From an uncultured virus (IMG/VR IMGVR_UViG_3300030108_000125) (lineage: Duplodnaviria; Heunggongvirae; Uroviricota; Caudoviricetes): a DNA stretch of 64,000 bases. The position numbers and the translations under genes are program-made. A model generated the notes under the pieces. The model did not search any database. It was given only the letters and a program-made list of their open reading frames with translations, and was not told the DNA's origin. This document shows, one piece after another, positions 36,384 through 46,330 of the stretch (position 1 is its first letter; each line of letters opens with the position of its first letter). The stretch spans positions 1-64,000 of IMG/VR virus record IMGVR_UViG_3300030108_000125, one strand, 5' to 3'.

Positions 36384-36455
36384 TAATTGACAACATGGTC
36401 CACACTACCTGTTGTTCTCCTCCCTGTTGTACCCCCGCTTCGGCGGGGGTTTTTT
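36384..36455 (+). ncRNA. Candidate anti-Shine-Dalgarno small RNA
   Basis: Extended -10 TGtTATGAT (36369-36377), hairpin, TCTCCTCCC segment, terminator. Confidence 0.45.
36431..36455 (+). terminator. Rho-independent terminator ending the early arm
   Basis: ACCCCCGC-TTCG-GCGGGGGT + T-run. Confidence 0.9.
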
Positions 36456-39400
36456 ATTCTGACAAGTCTTGATAACCTGCTCTTATAGCCATCAAAGTAT
36501 CTTTGTAGGTGGGAGATAGTAGCACACCGTTTAGCATGTCCTGAGATGTCTCCATATGCTTGCTCAAAGACCGTTTTAGGAATGCAGGTGTAACCGCTGC
36601 TTCTGGGTGGCGTCTGTTAAAATCCATCATTTTAGAGAATACATTTCTGGTTTCTGCTATATCACCTTGCCGTAGCGCAACGTAATACTTTCTTGATAAT
36701 TCGCTACGCTTACGGTTTACAGTCTTATCTATTTTCTTTAGCTGACGGCTTATGTCACTGGCTTGTGTGTAACCTGCTGCTTGTATGCCGCCAGTTAGGG
36801 CCAGCAGTTCCAACCAGTTAAAATCATCATAGATCGGATCGCCTCGTCTAGTGAGCGCACCTTCATCTCTTTGATAACGATACAAACCTTTGTACGCGTT
36901 TGCCACGGCTGTAGGCATGAGGTTTTCTATACCTCTTTCTGTAAAACCATTTCCTAAATCTTCTATACCACGTTTAATTCTGTTTGCTGTAGATAGCGCA
37001 GGGCCACCAATGTAAAACCCGATTGTCTCTTCCAAAGATGGATCAGGATTGTATTTGTTTTCCTGTATCAACAAACCCGTAAGCGCGGTACGAGATGCTG
37101 TGTCTAAACCTGTTAGAGCTACGAGTGGACCTTTGTACCATCCCTCTCCTACGTTCCTACGAACAAGCGTATCAAAATCTTCTTCCTCATCGTCTAGGAA
37201 AAACAAGTTAGATATAAGTCTCACGGCACCGTATACTGGAATACCTTGCAATCCAGCAAAGAACAGAGCCGAACCGTGAATGCCTAAAAGTATACCAAAT
37301 GCTTCTTTTGCCTTGTCTTTGTCTTTTGCGTAAGCAGCGTCTATAAATCGTTTAGCTTGCTTAAACATACTATAGTACATCTGTAGGCCATAACTCTTAT
37401 ACATCAGGGCTACGCGTCCAACTCCCTCGCGTGCAAGGCTTGGTCCTGTTTCAAGATAAGCACCGCCATTCGCTTCTTGTGTCATATAGATAGCTTCTTC
37501 TACGGCTTCTTGTATCTGTTCTGGTGTAGGTTGTTTACCTCCAGTGAGTTTATTTAGATGCAGTTTATAAGCCGCTATCATTGTAGTCTGACGGTTTAGT
37601 TTTTCTGCATGGTTAAACAGGTACGCGGATAAGCCAGACACATAGTCTGCAATATTACCAACCCCACCACGTTTTGCTCTCGCTGCCTCATCCAGCCCCA
37701 TACTCTCGGCAAGATAACTTTGACTTACTAGCTGCCCTCTCTCCGCAGCGACTTTGACCAGCGGTGCAAGTTCTGTAAGTTCCCTACGCATCGCATCTGG
37801 TATGTCAGGATCGTTCTTTACTTTTATATTACCGTCTTGGTCGATATCATAATAATCACGTAGGGAGTTAAATTTCTTAAATCCACCGTTGATATTAGTG
37901 ACGGTGCCCCCAGCGTTTGTCAGTGCTTTGTATGTTTCAGAAACACCATACTTACCACTTAGATACGGGGCCACAAATAGAGGTATCTGTGATAAGTTAA
38001 CCAGAGCAGAAGAGGCGTTGAACCCGATTGTATAGACAAACGCAATCTGATTTAGCCTACGCCCTACTTCTTCAAAACTTCTTTGTGATCCTTGCCGTGC
38101 AAATTGCCCTCTACCCAGAAGTTCTGCTTTTGAATCTTCAAATGCTATAGGTGGCACGTCTTTAGGTTTTTCAGTTTCTCTAATTTTCTTTTCTACAGCA
38201 CGGATGTTTGCCGCAGCCGCTAGTTTTGCAGCTTGCACTGCGATGTCATAGCCCTTCGTCCTAAGAGCGTACATGCTGTCCTCTTTAAATCCCGGCCTAC
38301 CCTGACGTGGCTGCAACTGTTTAGCAAAAGATGTTTCAGGTAGCGTGGCAATGAACACGCGCATGACTTCTTCTATAGCCTTTGACTCTACTCCAGCTTT
38401 TTCCAACGCCCGTACAATGTCATATGCAAAATTAGGGTTGGTTTTTGTTTCATAATCTTTTGCTGATAACTCTCCATCCGTGGCTTTCGCATCTGCGTAT
38501 GACGGATCAGCCTCTACCTCTTTAAGCGCTCTGTCCCGTTCATCACGCGTATCGAACATCTCAACAATAAATTCTTCTCGCTTACTACGAGGGTCTTTTG
38601 CTCTATACGTTAGTTTGTAATTTCCTTCACGAACCAACGGGAAGTATACTTCTAACGTGCCTGCTTCAAATAACTTATCATAGATACTTTTCTTTACACG
38701 CCCAGCAAGCTCTGGGTCTCCACTCTCTTTACCTAACGCGTCAATCTCATTGAGCACAGTCTGTCTAGCCCGCTCGTACTGTTTTCTGTAGTGCTCTCGC
38801 ATTAGGTCGTAAGCTTTTTTGCCGTCACCTCGCAGCCCGTTCTTCTTTATGTGATCTTGCTGCTGCTTCCATATGTCAAAAAGAGGGTTGCCGCTTGGAT
38901 CAAACTTATCTTCGTATCGTTTCTTTGCCTCTGCTGCTGGTATGAACGGGTCTACCTGATAAATAGTAGCGCCAAAATCTGCGTGATAAATAAGTTGATT
39001 TAGCGCCACAACTTTATCATCGCCCATTCTTTTAAATATAGCTTGTACTTCTTCCACTTTCTCTTTTGTGGCTTGGGTTGCAATGGATATAGCACCGCGC
39101 TGCTCCAATATGGCCTTGTCTAAATCGTACCCTAGATTGCCAAACCCATAACGCTGTACGATGTCGCCCAAGGCTTGGTTAGCCATGAGTTTAAAGAACA
39201 ACTTTCGAGGTTTAGATGCAGCGTCCCTAATGAAATTTCTGGAATTATCTATGAACTTTTGTTTGTCAAAGTCTTTAGTCAGTTTGCGTTGCGTTGCGCC
39301 AAGCCTGCGTGCAGCCTCTTTAACATCTTTTATATTACCTAACGCATATTGCCCATCACCCCTATAGTCAGGGTCCGGGCGAAGTATGGCTTCTATCAAA

Positions 39401-42400
39401 CCGTTTAACTTGTCATCTCCTGTAATCTCTCTCGGTTTACCCACGAGAGCACGTACCGCGTTCTTGAACTTATCGTAAAGTGTTTCTTCTTTTCCTTCTA
39501 AACGGCGTATCAAAATGTTCTTAAATTTTTGGTTGGACAAAATTTCAGCCGCAAATTCTGCCATGTCTGATAGACCGTAGTGCGTTGGTATCTCACTGTC
39601 AGGGTCTTGTAGCAGCCGTCTGGCTTCGTCATACGCCTCTTTCAATTTTTCTTTAGCAGCTTTCTCTGCGTCTTTAAGCTTGCTCATAGGTTCTGTTGCT
39701 ATCTTGACCGTTAAGGCATGAGCAGTTTCATGCAACAACGTATGCGCGTCCATCCCTCTAACACTATCAATAAATATTGTTTTTGTTTTTGCGTCATACA
39801 GACCCTGCACCGCTTCGCCCTTGTCATTGGTCAGGTTCTTTTTAATTTTAAGTGTAACACCATAACCTCGCAAAAATGTTTTAAACTTAGTAGCCATACC
39901 GCGTATAAACGGGTCTTTAGCTCCAGTTAACACCTCCAGTGCACCGTCAATATCACCCTCTGACATAGCTCTTTCAAGACTGCCGATGCGCCCTGTTAGG
40001 GTTCGCACATAATCGTTAGCGTTCTTTTCGCCAAACAGTGTGTCGTCTATGGTGCGTTTGCTTTCGATATTTTCTTTTGCAATCTCAGCGTTGCGCTGTA
40101 ACTCATCTAATATTTTAGCATCGCTTGCATCTTTATTATCGTCTACAAGCTTGATTACTTTTCTGGCGGCTGAAGGCGCTACGCCAGCTTCGCCTGTTTT
40201 TGGAGGAAATAAAATGTCAATATACGCATCTTCTATAGCGGCCTCTACATTTGGATACCGTTCAAGGTAACGTCTTGTCTCCACATTCTTTTTCGTTTCT
40301 TCAAGCTTATCAAAGATGGCTTTGTTTAATTTATTAGATAGACGGTTCTCAGCATCCACTGCCCCGGCACGCAAGTCTCGTTGTTTTGCCACTGAGCTAA
40401 ACTTGTTAAGCTTATTCCAACGTCTGCGTAGTGCCTGTCCAAAATTCGTTTCAGTGCCTTTGCGTTGCGTAGTGTCTCTAGGAGGAGCTAGTGACGAGTC
40501 ATCTACAAAAGTTTTTTCCCCTGTTCTCTTTAACGTTTTACGGTCAACCTTAACTCTTGTGCCGGGTATAACTTGCCCTGTTGGACGATCTGGACCTTGA
40601 AATGTCAGTGCACTTGGCTTTCCTTTTTTTGCAGCAGCAGCACTTGTAACATCAGACCTGTCATCTTCCAATCTTCTGCTGTCAGATGTTTTAGCCTCTG
40701 TGGTGGCTTGAAGGTCTTTTTGTCCTGTTCCCACACTTTTTCTATCACTTGCATCGCCTTTTCTAAGTCCTGCATCGACAGGTGAGGCGGCAGGTGTACT
40801 TTCTCCAGTGACATTTTTTAACTCATTTTTTGGGGCAACTAGTTTTTCTAACTCTATCTGTTTTGGGTCTTTTATAGCTTCTTGCCTAGCCGCAACTTCT
40901 GCCACGGGGTCTTTTGCGCGTATTATGTCAGATGCACGGCGCAAACTCGTCATTTCTTGCTTTGTCGCCTTGGTATTTGCAAGCCCCGCATCTGCTAACG
41001 CTTTTTCATATAACCTACGCAATGCTTCTGGCCTACGCACCTCACCCGCATTAGCCACCGTGTCTTGAAGTATTCTTGTGCGTGTAGCTTTAGTTTGTGC
41101 CGCTCGGTCTGTTGCTAGTTTACCTTGCGCAGTTTCTGCGGCTGACTCGGCCCTTGTTTGTCCTTGCTGGCGTTTTACCGCTTCTTCCGCTTCAATTTCT
41201 CTAGCAAGTGCGCTTTCTTCATCCATTATGTCTACAAGATCACGTTCTCGTGGTCCTTGTATTGGTGCTTCCCCTGTTATAATTTTAGGTGTTATTTTTG
41301 CGGGCTGTGCACGCTGACGATCCTGTTCTAATTCTGCGGCTAACAAGTCGGGTTGCACAAACGCCGCTATATCGTCACGTTCTAAGGCGGCTTGTTCTTC
41401 ACGCCTACGTGCCGCTGCCTGCACTGCACTGCGCCCTGCTAACGCATCAGCTACAGCCGTTTGTCTACGTGACTCAGGTGTTGGTTCTTCAGGCGTGGTG
41501 AGTTCGTCTTCTATTTCTTCCCTAGCTCTTTGCGCTAGTTTAGACCCACGTTTTTGTGTTTCTTCAGCCACAACCTTCTCAAGGTCAGGTAAAGTTATGC
41601 CTGTGCGCGTTACAATATCTTGCATTTCGCCAAGGGCGACATCACCCTCAGCATCTAATATCCTGCCTATATCTGCACGTGCTTGGGCCTTAGCTCTTTC
41701 TGGCGCTGCGTATTCTATTTGTTTTGTGGGTGGCGGTAATAATCCAGCAATACCTTCTCTTTGATCTGTTATACCAAGTGGTGCCTCTTCGGTAGTTGGC
41801 GTAGGTGCCTTACGGCTGTTAGTAAACGCATCTACAAGGAACTGTATGGTAGCACCCGCACCGCCACCTAGTGCAGCAGACTCGCCTGTGCCTTCAAATA
41901 TAGCACGGTCTGGATTGTACCCACGCTCCGCTAAGTTTTGTACAATCTCTGCAGTAACCTCTTGCGCTGCTTCTGCGCCACCTGTGACACTTGCGTTGGT
42001 TATACGTTGCCCTATGGTTTCTACTGTTTCTGGCCCAAGCTGATCTATAAGTTTATTAATTGCAGGTACATCAACAGCACGCATAAACCGTCCAAGTGGT
42101 AATACCTCTAACACGCCAAATGGAGCAGCTTGTCGAATAGCACGGTTGCGTTCTTCTTGAGTTGCGCCTGCTGCACGGGCACGTTCACTAGCTTCACCCG
42201 CTGCGGTTCCTATGCCCAATAATGCACCTGCACCTGTAGCAATCCCTGTAGTAGCGGCAGCACTAAGAGTCACAGGAGCAGCAGCAATACCTGCCGCGAT
42301 ACCTGCAATAGGCGCAACAAAACCAGCAATAGAACCAAATGTCTGTCCAATTTTGTAAGATAAGTCGTCTTGGTCGCCGCCTTTGGGTTTTAACGCAGCA

Positions 42401-42753
42401 GCAATACCCTGTATTCTTTCACGTGCGGCTAACTCTGCGCCTTCATCTAAGAGTGTGGCTGCACCAAGTGCGGCTGTCTCGCCTGTGCCTACAAACCCTG
42501 CACCAAACCCCTTACGTAGATCACCAATAACACCTGTTTCTGGAGTGGGTATGCCATAGTCTATAGCGCCTAATTCTTCTGATAATCTAGCTTGACGTTG
42601 TTCTCTTGTTTCTCGGTCAGGACCAACTTCACTGGCACTAAAGCGACCTAGTTTTTGGTTAGCCAGAGCTACAATTTCTTCTTTTGTAGCATCGGCAGGG
42701 ACATCCACACGTACTTTCGTACCGTCTTTAAACTCGATGGTCTGCATGCCCAT
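36454..42753 (-). CDS. Giant internal virion/ejection (polyvalent-type) protein, 2099 aa
   Basis: G/A-rich hydrophobic N-region, zincin motif LLHETAH..EFAAE, PLxRFG-like YFPLVREGNY, helical C-terminus; last late gene. Confidence 0.7.
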   Translation of the reverse strand: MGMQTIEFKDGTKVRVDVPADATKEEIVALANQKLGRFSASEVGPDRETREQRQARLSEELGAIDYGIPTPETGVIGDLRKGFGAGFVGTGETAALGAATLLDEGAELAARERIQGIAAALKPKGGDQDDLSYKIGQTFGSIAGFVAPIAGIAAGIAAAPVTLSAAATTGIATGAGALLGIGTAAGEASERARAAGATQEERNRAIRQAAPFGVLEVLPLGRFMRAVDVPAINKLIDQLGPETVETIGQRITNASVTGGAEAAQEVTAEIVQNLAERGYNPDRAIFEGTGESAALGGGAGATIQFLVDAFTNSRKAPTPTTEEAPLGITDQREGIAGLLPPPTKQIEYAAPERAKAQARADIGRILDAEGDVALGEMQDIVTRTGITLPDLEKVVAEETQKRGSKLAQRAREEIEDELTTPEEPTPESRRQTAVADALAGRSAVQAAARRREEQAALERDDIAAFVQPDLLAAELEQDRQRAQPAKITPKIITGEAPIQGPRERDLVDIMDEESALAREIEAEEAVKRQQGQTRAESAAETAQGKLATDRAAQTKATRTRILQDTVANAGEVRRPEALRRLYEKALADAGLANTKATKQEMTSLRRASDIIRAKDPVAEVAARQEAIKDPKQIELEKLVAPKNELKNVTGESTPAASPVDAGLRKGDASDRKSVGTGQKDLQATTEAKTSDSRRLEDDRSDVTSAAAAKKGKPSALTFQGPDRPTGQVIPGTRVKVDRKTLKRTGEKTFVDDSSLAPPRDTTQRKGTETNFGQALRRRWNKLNKFSSVAKQRDLRAGAVDAENRLSNKLNKAIFDKLEETKKNVETRRYLERYPNVEAAIEDAYIDILFPPKTGEAGVAPSAARKVIKLVDDNKDASDAKILDELQRNAEIAKENIESKRTIDDTLFGEKNANDYVRTLTGRIGSLERAMSEGDIDGALEVLTGAKDPFIRGMATKFKTFLRGYGVTLKIKKNLTNDKGEAVQGLYDAKTKTIFIDSVRGMDAHTLLHETAHALTVKIATEPMSKLKDAEKAAKEKLKEAYDEARRLLQDPDSEIPTHYGLSDMAEFAAEILSNQKFKNILIRRLEGKEETLYDKFKNAVRALVGKPREITGDDKLNGLIEAILRPDPDYRGDGQYALGNIKDVKEAARRLGATQRKLTKDFDKQKFIDNSRNFIRDAASKPRKLFFKLMANQALGDIVQRYGFGNLGYDLDKAILEQRGAISIATQATKEKVEEVQAIFKRMGDDKVVALNQLIYHADFGATIYQVDPFIPAAEAKKRYEDKFDPSGNPLFDIWKQQQDHIKKNGLRGDGKKAYDLMREHYRKQYERARQTVLNEIDALGKESGDPELAGRVKKSIYDKLFEAGTLEVYFPLVREGNYKLTYRAKDPRSKREEFIVEMFDTRDERDRALKEVEADPSYADAKATDGELSAKDYETKTNPNFAYDIVRALEKAGVESKAIEEVMRVFIATLPETSFAKQLQPRQGRPGFKEDSMYALRTKGYDIAVQAAKLAAAANIRAVEKKIRETEKPKDVPPIAFEDSKAELLGRGQFARQGSQRSFEEVGRRLNQIAFVYTIGFNASSALVNLSQIPLFVAPYLSGKYGVSETYKALTNAGGTVTNINGGFKKFNSLRDYYDIDQDGNIKVKNDPDIPDAMRRELTELAPLVKVAAERGQLVSQSYLAESMGLDEAARAKRGGVGNIADYVSGLSAYLFNHAEKLNRQTTMIAAYKLHLNKLTGGKQPTPEQIQEAVEEAIYMTQEANGGAYLETGPSLAREGVGRVALMYKSYGLQMYYSMFKQAKRFIDAAYAKDKDKAKEAFGILLGIHGSALFFAGLQGIPVYGAVRLISNLFFLDDEEEDFDTLVRRNVGEGWYKGPLVALTGLDTASRTALTGLLIQENKYNPDPSLEETIGFYIGGPALSTANRIKRGIEDLGNGFTERGIENLMPTAVANAYKGLYRYQRDEGALTRRGDPIYDDFNWLELLALTGGIQAAGYTQASDISRQLKKIDKTVNRKRSELSRKYYVALRQGDIAETRNVFSKMMDFNRRHPEAAVTPAFLKRSLSKHMETSQDMLNGVLLSPTYKDTLMAIRAGYQDLSE

Positions 42754-42764
42754 GCTAGTAGCCT

Positions 42765-44768
42765 TTAATCAACCATGTCTTCGGTGCTGTAAGGTCTTGT
42801 AAGAGACTCATAAGCATCACCCAGTTTTTCTAACTGATTTTCATAACCAATACTGTTAGAAATCATATCTGTCTCTAAGTTAATAACTGTTGTTTCTGCG
42901 TCTATACGCCTCTGTAGTTCAGCCCTTTCTTCTTGAGTCTCAGCTTGTGCGGCCTGCATTTTTAAGAAAGGTATCGGACTAACTTCATACAGTTTGTCGT
43001 ATATATCACTTTTTAGTTTTAAAATTCTATCTTTAGAAATTAGTATGTCGTCTATGCGGTTGGTTCTATCTTTTGCTTGGTCCCTTGCCTCGTCAATGGC
43101 TTGTTGTGATGCTGTAAGTGCATTACGTTCTTTGTCTATCTCGTAACTATCCTCTGCTCTTATAGCGTCTAGTTTTATCCTAGAAGACTGTACTAACGCA
43201 TTTACATCTGTGTTTCGCATATTGGAAAGTATTTGAGCAGCGGTGCGCCTGTCCTGCGCAGCTTGGCTAAACATTTCTTGGCCCAGACGTACACCTGCCG
43301 TGCTTAATGTGGCATCCGTGCCTATACGCTCTTTTTCTAACTTAAACTCGTCCATTAGCCTATTACGGCGGTTGCGTCTGGTACGGTCCATTGCTTGGTA
43401 GCCACCCTTCATAGCAGCGCCAATAGACCCTGTACCACCTGTACCAATTAAAAACGCATTTAAATCTTCGTTGGGGTCAAAATTAGCCTCATCAAACTCT
43501 GTTAGTCTCTTCTTCATATCCTCGTAGGATTTACTAAACTCATCACGTTTTGTGTAAGCATCAGACTCTGCAAACCCCTTACGCATCATGGCTAGAGGAT
43601 CATCTCCACCTATACCCAAATTAGGTTCAGCCACAGTAGTAGGCATATTTTTAAAGTCATCGTATTTACTAGCTGTTTCCGCAGAGGTGCTATCTGTGCC
43701 GGGTGGTGGTTGGTTAGGCACAGGTGTTTGTGGCTGTGGCTGTGGTCTGTTTTTAAACTCGTCTGCTGCATCTTGTATGGCGTTCATATCAATAGCAGGA
43801 CCGCCCTGTGGTGGATATTTTTGACTTGGGTCAGGCAGAAGTCCCATTACATCCGCTTCTGTAATGCCGCCTTGTGGCGTAACGTTTTTGCGCATAGAAT
43901 CTAACACAGCCTTACGAGATGTATTGTACTCAAATTGCTCTCTAGGATTAAGCGGATCAGACAACCCTAATGCACTACCTACACGAGATTCTAATGCCCC
44001 TATGCCTATGTTACCAAGAGCTTTAAGAGGGTCTTTTATTAAGGTGTCAGTTATTTCTGCGGGTATAGTAGCAGTAGCTTGTCCTGTTTTAGCCGCAAGA
44101 GACCGATCTTCTATAGTCTGCAAAATTCTATTTTTTTGGTCTTGGGGCAACCTTTGAAATTCTTGTTGCGTTAAACCTAAATCTCTAATTCGTTTTCTTA
44201 CAGCAGAACCTAAACGATTTCCTATATCTGGTTTATTACGAAGAGTCACATAGTCACCTAAACTAGTAGATCCACCCGGAGCAAAACCAACAATACCACC
44301 ACCTGACATCTTAGGCATAGGGCGTCTACCCATCATTGCCGGGAGACCGCCTTGTGCTTGTGGGGGTGGCATCTGAGGACGGCGTTGCATGCCAGCACCT
44401 AAGCCAGCAATACCTGTAGGACGCGGTTTAGCCTGTGCCATACGCCTCATGTTACCTTGCTGCATACGTTGCTTTTGGTCTAATGTGCCTTTGGTGCGAC
44501 TTGTTAAATCTCTAAGAGTACCACCCATTTCCTGTTTTGTTAGGGCTAAAGCCTCTTGTTCACGTTGTTGAGCTATGGTTCCGGGCTGCTGCTGCATTTT
44601 CATCTGCATGTCTTGAGCAGCGGCTTTCTTTTCAGACGTAAGTTTCTGCAGTGCCAGCAAATCAAGCAACTCTTTGTTTGCCCCATACCGCTTCTGTAAC
44701 TGTTGTGGGTTGCCTCTATAGGCATCCATGCGCTGTTCTATTTGGGAGTCAAGTCCACCAGTTTCCAT
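42765..44768 (-). CDS. Putative internal virion/ejection protein
   Basis: 667 aa, Q/M/P-rich helical; MSGGGIVGFAPGG. Confidence 0.6.
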   Translation of the reverse strand: METGGLDSQIEQRMDAYRGNPQQLQKRYGANKELLDLLALQKLTSEKKAAAQDMQMKMQQQPGTIAQQREQEALALTKQEMGGTLRDLTSRTKGTLDQKQRMQQGNMRRMAQAKPRPTGIAGLGAGMQRRPQMPPPQAQGGLPAMMGRRPMPKMSGGGIVGFAPGGSTSLGDYVTLRNKPDIGNRLGSAVRKRIRDLGLTQQEFQRLPQDQKNRILQTIEDRSLAAKTGQATATIPAEITDTLIKDPLKALGNIGIGALESRVGSALGLSDPLNPREQFEYNTSRKAVLDSMRKNVTPQGGITEADVMGLLPDPSQKYPPQGGPAIDMNAIQDAADEFKNRPQPQPQTPVPNQPPPGTDSTSAETASKYDDFKNMPTTVAEPNLGIGGDDPLAMMRKGFAESDAYTKRDEFSKSYEDMKKRLTEFDEANFDPNEDLNAFLIGTGGTGSIGAAMKGGYQAMDRTRRNRRNRLMDEFKLEKERIGTDATLSTAGVRLGQEMFSQAAQDRRTAAQILSNMRNTDVNALVQSSRIKLDAIRAEDSYEIDKERNALTASQQAIDEARDQAKDRTNRIDDILISKDRILKLKSDIYDKLYEVSPIPFLKMQAAQAETQEERAELQRRIDAETTVINLETDMISNSIGYENQLEKLGDAYESLTRPYSTEDMVD

Positions 44769-45682
44769 TATGCAGTCTCCTCGGGTCTTGATGGGGGTCT
44801 AGGTGACGTATCAGGTGCTAAACTAGACCCACTATCGCCAAATATCTTGTTATACAATGTACTTATACCACCCGTACCAGATAATATTTCGGATAATGCA
44901 CTTGGCTCGGCATAGGAATAAGACTGTGCGGCTAATGGTAAGCCCTGCAATAAAGATTGCATGTACTGCACTTGTTTGTAAGGAAAGTCTCGCTCTTCTT
45001 CAAATTGAGCCAAATCTGCCAATATACCTTCCGACTCAATATCTCTCTGTATTTGTCCAGCGTCTGCTAATGAACCTATACCCTCCGCGCCATAAAGATT
45101 AATTTTATCTTGTGCGGTCATGCCAAGGTCTTGCTCTCTATTAAACTGATCAAGAGCATCACGGTATGCCTGTGCGTACCCCTGACCCGTTATATTTGCT
45201 AGATTTGCCTGTAACGCACGTTGGTTTTCAGCATCTATTACAGCTTGACGCCCCCCACCAAAAGCACCTGCTTGGGTTAGACGTGACGCATTAGCCAGAC
45301 GATCTATTTCTGATTGTCTACGAGCTTCATCTATCTGTGGTTGCAGAGCTTGCATAATGTAAGGGTTCATATAGCTCTGTTGTTCTTCAGCCGTTAAGTC
45401 TGCAAACACTTTTGGCTTATAACCCTCTATGCCCATGTCATCAGTAGGCAAAGTTAAACTAGCTAAACCCTCAAACGCTTTTGTCTGTAAGTCAGATTCC
45501 CCTGCTGTAAGTGGACCCATATAGGCTTCGTATGGTGCATCACCTAATGCTGCGCCTCTGCCAAGCATTTCAGTAACGTAGGGGCCAACATAAGAAGAAA
45601 GCGCTGATTCAGTGCCAGTTTGTTGCCCTACAATATCGTTATTTGTTGTGCCAGTGAATATGTCTGTTTGATCTTCTGCCAT
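44768..45682 (-). CDS. Putative internal virion/ejection protein
   Basis: YMNPY..AGAFGGGRQAV, Q/A-rich. Confidence 0.6.
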   Translation of the reverse strand: MAEDQTDIFTGTTNNDIVGQQTGTESALSSYVGPYVTEMLGRGAALGDAPYEAYMGPLTAGESDLQTKAFEGLASLTLPTDDMGIEGYKPKVFADLTAEEQQSYMNPYIMQALQPQIDEARRQSEIDRLANASRLTQAGAFGGGRQAVIDAENQRALQANLANITGQGYAQAYRDALDQFNREQDLGMTAQDKINLYGAEGIGSLADAGQIQRDIESEGILADLAQFEEERDFPYKQVQYMQSLLQGLPLAAQSYSYAEPSALSEILSGTGGISTLYNKIFGDSGSSLAPDTSPRPPSRPEETA

Positions 45683-45691
45683 GAATCACCT

Positions 45692-46330
45692 TTATACAGG
45701 TAAGAATTTTTTAGGGTCTATTTCTTTACCCTGTTTTTCATTTCCAGTACGAGCTTTACGCACTCTATCTAACATTTTATCTAATACTTTTGCACCAGCA
45801 TCGGAATTACCATTACCTAAATGGCTAACCACATCTGCAGGTATTACATATTCACCATCACTAAGTCGTGCTTCTTGCGTTCCATCTATATTAGCACGCA
45901 CTTCGTCAGCCATACCATCTGTTTCACCTGTTAGATATCGACCTTTTTCTAATTCAGCTATACCACCTTTAGCCATTGTGGTTACGGGCTTGCGTTCTTG
46001 ACGTGCAGGGTTTGCTTCGTTTAACGCTGCCAATCCTTCAGCTGACATAGGTTCCGCTGGTGTTATGTCTTCTGTTGGCACAAACTGTGTTTGTGTAAAA
46101 TATCTCTGCCCACCACTTCCGGGCCGTCTGTTAGGGTCATATGTTCTAGGCACACGTTCACGTTGTATTGTGTAATCTGGAATGCTACCTTGATAACCTG
46201 TTTGAGGTATCTGCGCCTGCCCCAAACCTGTTTGGTTTAACAGCAAACTACCCCCAAGGCCAATTAGGGTGTTAGTTTGTTTGTCATCGGTGCCAAAAAT
46301 ACCGGATAATGTTTCGTCTAGCCAACTCAT
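45692..46330 (-). CDS. Virion protein with MAKGG...LSDGEYVIPADVV domain
   Basis: Motif resembles the [FY]AxGG..GE[FY]V segment at tape-measure C-termini. Confidence 0.6.
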   Translation of the reverse strand: MSWLDETLSGIFGTDDKQTNTLIGLGGSLLLNQTGLGQAQIPQTGYQGSIPDYTIQRERVPRTYDPNRRPGSGGQRYFTQTQFVPTEDITPAEPMSAEGLAALNEANPARQERKPVTTMAKGGIAELEKGRYLTGETDGMADEVRANIDGTQEARLSDGEYVIPADVVSHLGNGNSDAGAKVLDKMLDRVRKARTGNEKQGKEIDPKKFLPV

